A stretch of DNA of 64,000 nt from Tubiluchus corallicola (taxonomy: Eukaryota > Animalia > Priapulida). The DNA is taken from positions 620,001-684,000 of the forward strand of contig JAQGDQ010000056.1 of assembly GCA_030141605.1 (NCBI GenBank). The letters are read 5' to 3'. The notes under the pieces were generated by a model, which had not been told where the DNA came from, ran no database searches, and saw nothing but the letters and a program-made list of their open reading frames with translations. This document shows, one piece after another, positions 62,210-64,000 of this stretch. Every line of letters starts with the position of its first letter. The first letter of the stretch is position 1. A program made the position numbers and the translations under genes.

Positions 62210-62885
62210 GAGAAAACTAAACAAAGCCTTGTCTGCCCTTCCTTCCTCTGTTTCAGAAATTTTAGGACCTTGATTATTCTTGCCTGGTTTATCCGTTTGC
62301 GGGTATCCTTTCTAGTCTTGAATACTTGTCCACTTCCTTGCATTTTTCGTTGTTTTTTATTGTTCTGTTTTCGGTTAGTGTTTAACTTTATCTTGCCTTG
62401 CTTTAGTTTGGCTTACTTTTTTCAAGTTTACTAGTCTTACTTTGCTTTGTCCACCCTTTCATTGCATTGCTTCGTTTTGGCATATTTTGTCATACTTTTC
62501 TTGTCTGGTTTTATTATCATTTTTTATAATCTGCCCTGCTTTTTTATAATCTGCAATGTGGCGCGTTTTTCCTATTGCTTGCGTAATTTTTGCTTTGGTT
62601 CTTCGGCTCGCTGTGCATTTGTTCTGCCGTCTTTTACCTCAGCTTGCCTTTCTTGTTTTATATTGTATGTTTTGTATTTCCCAATCCTAGTTTGTATTTA
62701 AATGTCCTGTCTTGCTGTGTGTTGCTTTTGTTACTTTGTTTTGCTTTATATTGGGTTAATTACCTTGGTGTTTTGCCTTACTTTTTGCTTTGTCATTTTT
62801 TGACTTCTCTTGCCTTTTTTGCTTTGCTTTAAGTTGCCTTGCCTTGGCTTGACTTACCTTACCTTGCTTTCCTTATTCATCTTAT
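62210..62885 (+). repeat. Degenerate pyrimidine-rich pentamer-type simple repeat (CCTTG/CTTTG/TTTTG)
   Basis: Strong strand asymmetry with recurring ttgcc/ttgct/ttgtc units. It explains the hydrophobic F/L/C-rich spurious ORFs. Confidence 0.7.
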
Positions 62886-63634
62886 TATGAAAGTAGGTAT
62901 TGAAGTATTTCAGATCTTCCATTTGTCTCTGTTATTGTGTCCATGCAAAACCGCATGCCGCGCTGTGATTGGCAGATGCACGTTGATGCACCTCGTGTGA
63001 ATAAAAATTTGTTTTTACTTCAAAACTTTTTTCGTTATTAATTTTCACCTTGCGCGTGTCATTTAGAAAGTCTTTCTGGCGCCATTCCTTTACGGTATTC
63101 AAGGTACGAATGTGTTATAAACGGGAAAGTTAACGGGAAAATGAAAAACAATGACACCACCAGCGAAAGTTATTGGAATCTGTAGCTAATGTTAATCTTT
63201 ATGTTTACGATATCCCACTGTAGGAATTAGTTTTTTCAGTAGGATTCGCTTCTCTGCTTATAGTAGCCTATATGTTCACAATACACGGAAGTCTCTCGCC
63301 CCATTGCTTGTGTTCGCTTGGTTCAACAATAGTCGTAGTGCCAGCATTATTTACTGTTGACCAAAACGCTGAAGCGGACAGGATTGCAGTGATCGCAGTC
63401 AAAAAATCAATAATTTATTGTCCAGCGAAGAAAGCTTAGTGTTTTTGTTTTGATCACGTGATTACTCACTCAGATAATCACCGTCGACATGGTTTGAACA
63501 ATGCTTAACGTGTAATTGGTGAAATGTAAATATGCGTGCATACTAGTTCACGGTGCATTAATTAGCGATTTTTGTTCTTTACAGGGCTTGTGTTTTTAAC
63601 TTGTATTCATCTTTTGTAAGCTAATCAAGTGACA

Positions 63635-63670
63635 ATGAAGATTGTCATAATTGGATTATTACAAGCATTG
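63635..63670 (+). CDS. Probable first coding exon of a secreted/membrane protein gene continuing off the right edge
   Basis: Acceptor tttgttctttacag at 63584, then ACAATGA context, MKIVIIGLLQAL (start of a signal-peptide-like segment) and donor |gtgagt. Confidence 0.5.
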
Positions 63671-64000
63671 GTGAGTCAGAAGTAATTTGTTTAAGATAAC
63701 GTGTGCCAATTTCTCATTTAAATACATATGCTTATACTTCAGTAATTTTTTATGCATCACTTAGTTAATAAACTTTGCTACAACAGAACATTTTTGGCGC
63801 GGGTACTGCAAACAATGCTTACAATACGTTAGCTAAAGGAAGTGATGTCAGCCGTTTATGGGGACAAATAAAATGTTATAAGCTAGTATACCCTTAAAGT
63901 GCATAATTGCGCTTTTTTATTGTTTTGAACGGATTTCGGACTTTGTTTCCCCATTATTGTTGTTGCATTTTTTTGGAAAAATCATAAACTTGTTTGAACT

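Noticed and set aside
62161-62832. Several hydrophobic ORFs resembling membrane proteins
   Set aside because: They arise in multiple frames from T-rich low-complexity sequence.

Overview
AT-rich, intron-rich animal (probably marine invertebrate) genomic DNA, not prokaryotic. Manual splice-site and phase reconstruction gives these genes, left to right. (1) The 5' end of a calmodulin gene (- strand; ATG exon plus a 31-nt exon). (2) A two-exon divergent FoxQ2-like forkhead gene. (3) A nine-exon secreted cobalamin-binding protein (intrinsic factor/transcobalamin family). (4) A GT10 alpha-1,3-fucosyltransferase. (5) A four-coding-exon selenoprotein-P-like gene. (6, 7) Two intact tandem 11-exon pancreatic-lipase-family genes (- strand). 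(8) A probable first coding exon of another gene at the right edge. Between and within these are several MITEs, LINE remnants and long microsatellites. The most unusual item is the SelP homologue: its redox UxxC motif is replaced by ExxS, it has no Sec-rich tail, and it ends in an acidic DYSGSG glycosaminoglycan-attachment-type motif. This suggests a selenium-free, non-redox SelP-derived proteoglycan, which is inference only. Family assignments come from remembered motifs; no database search was run.
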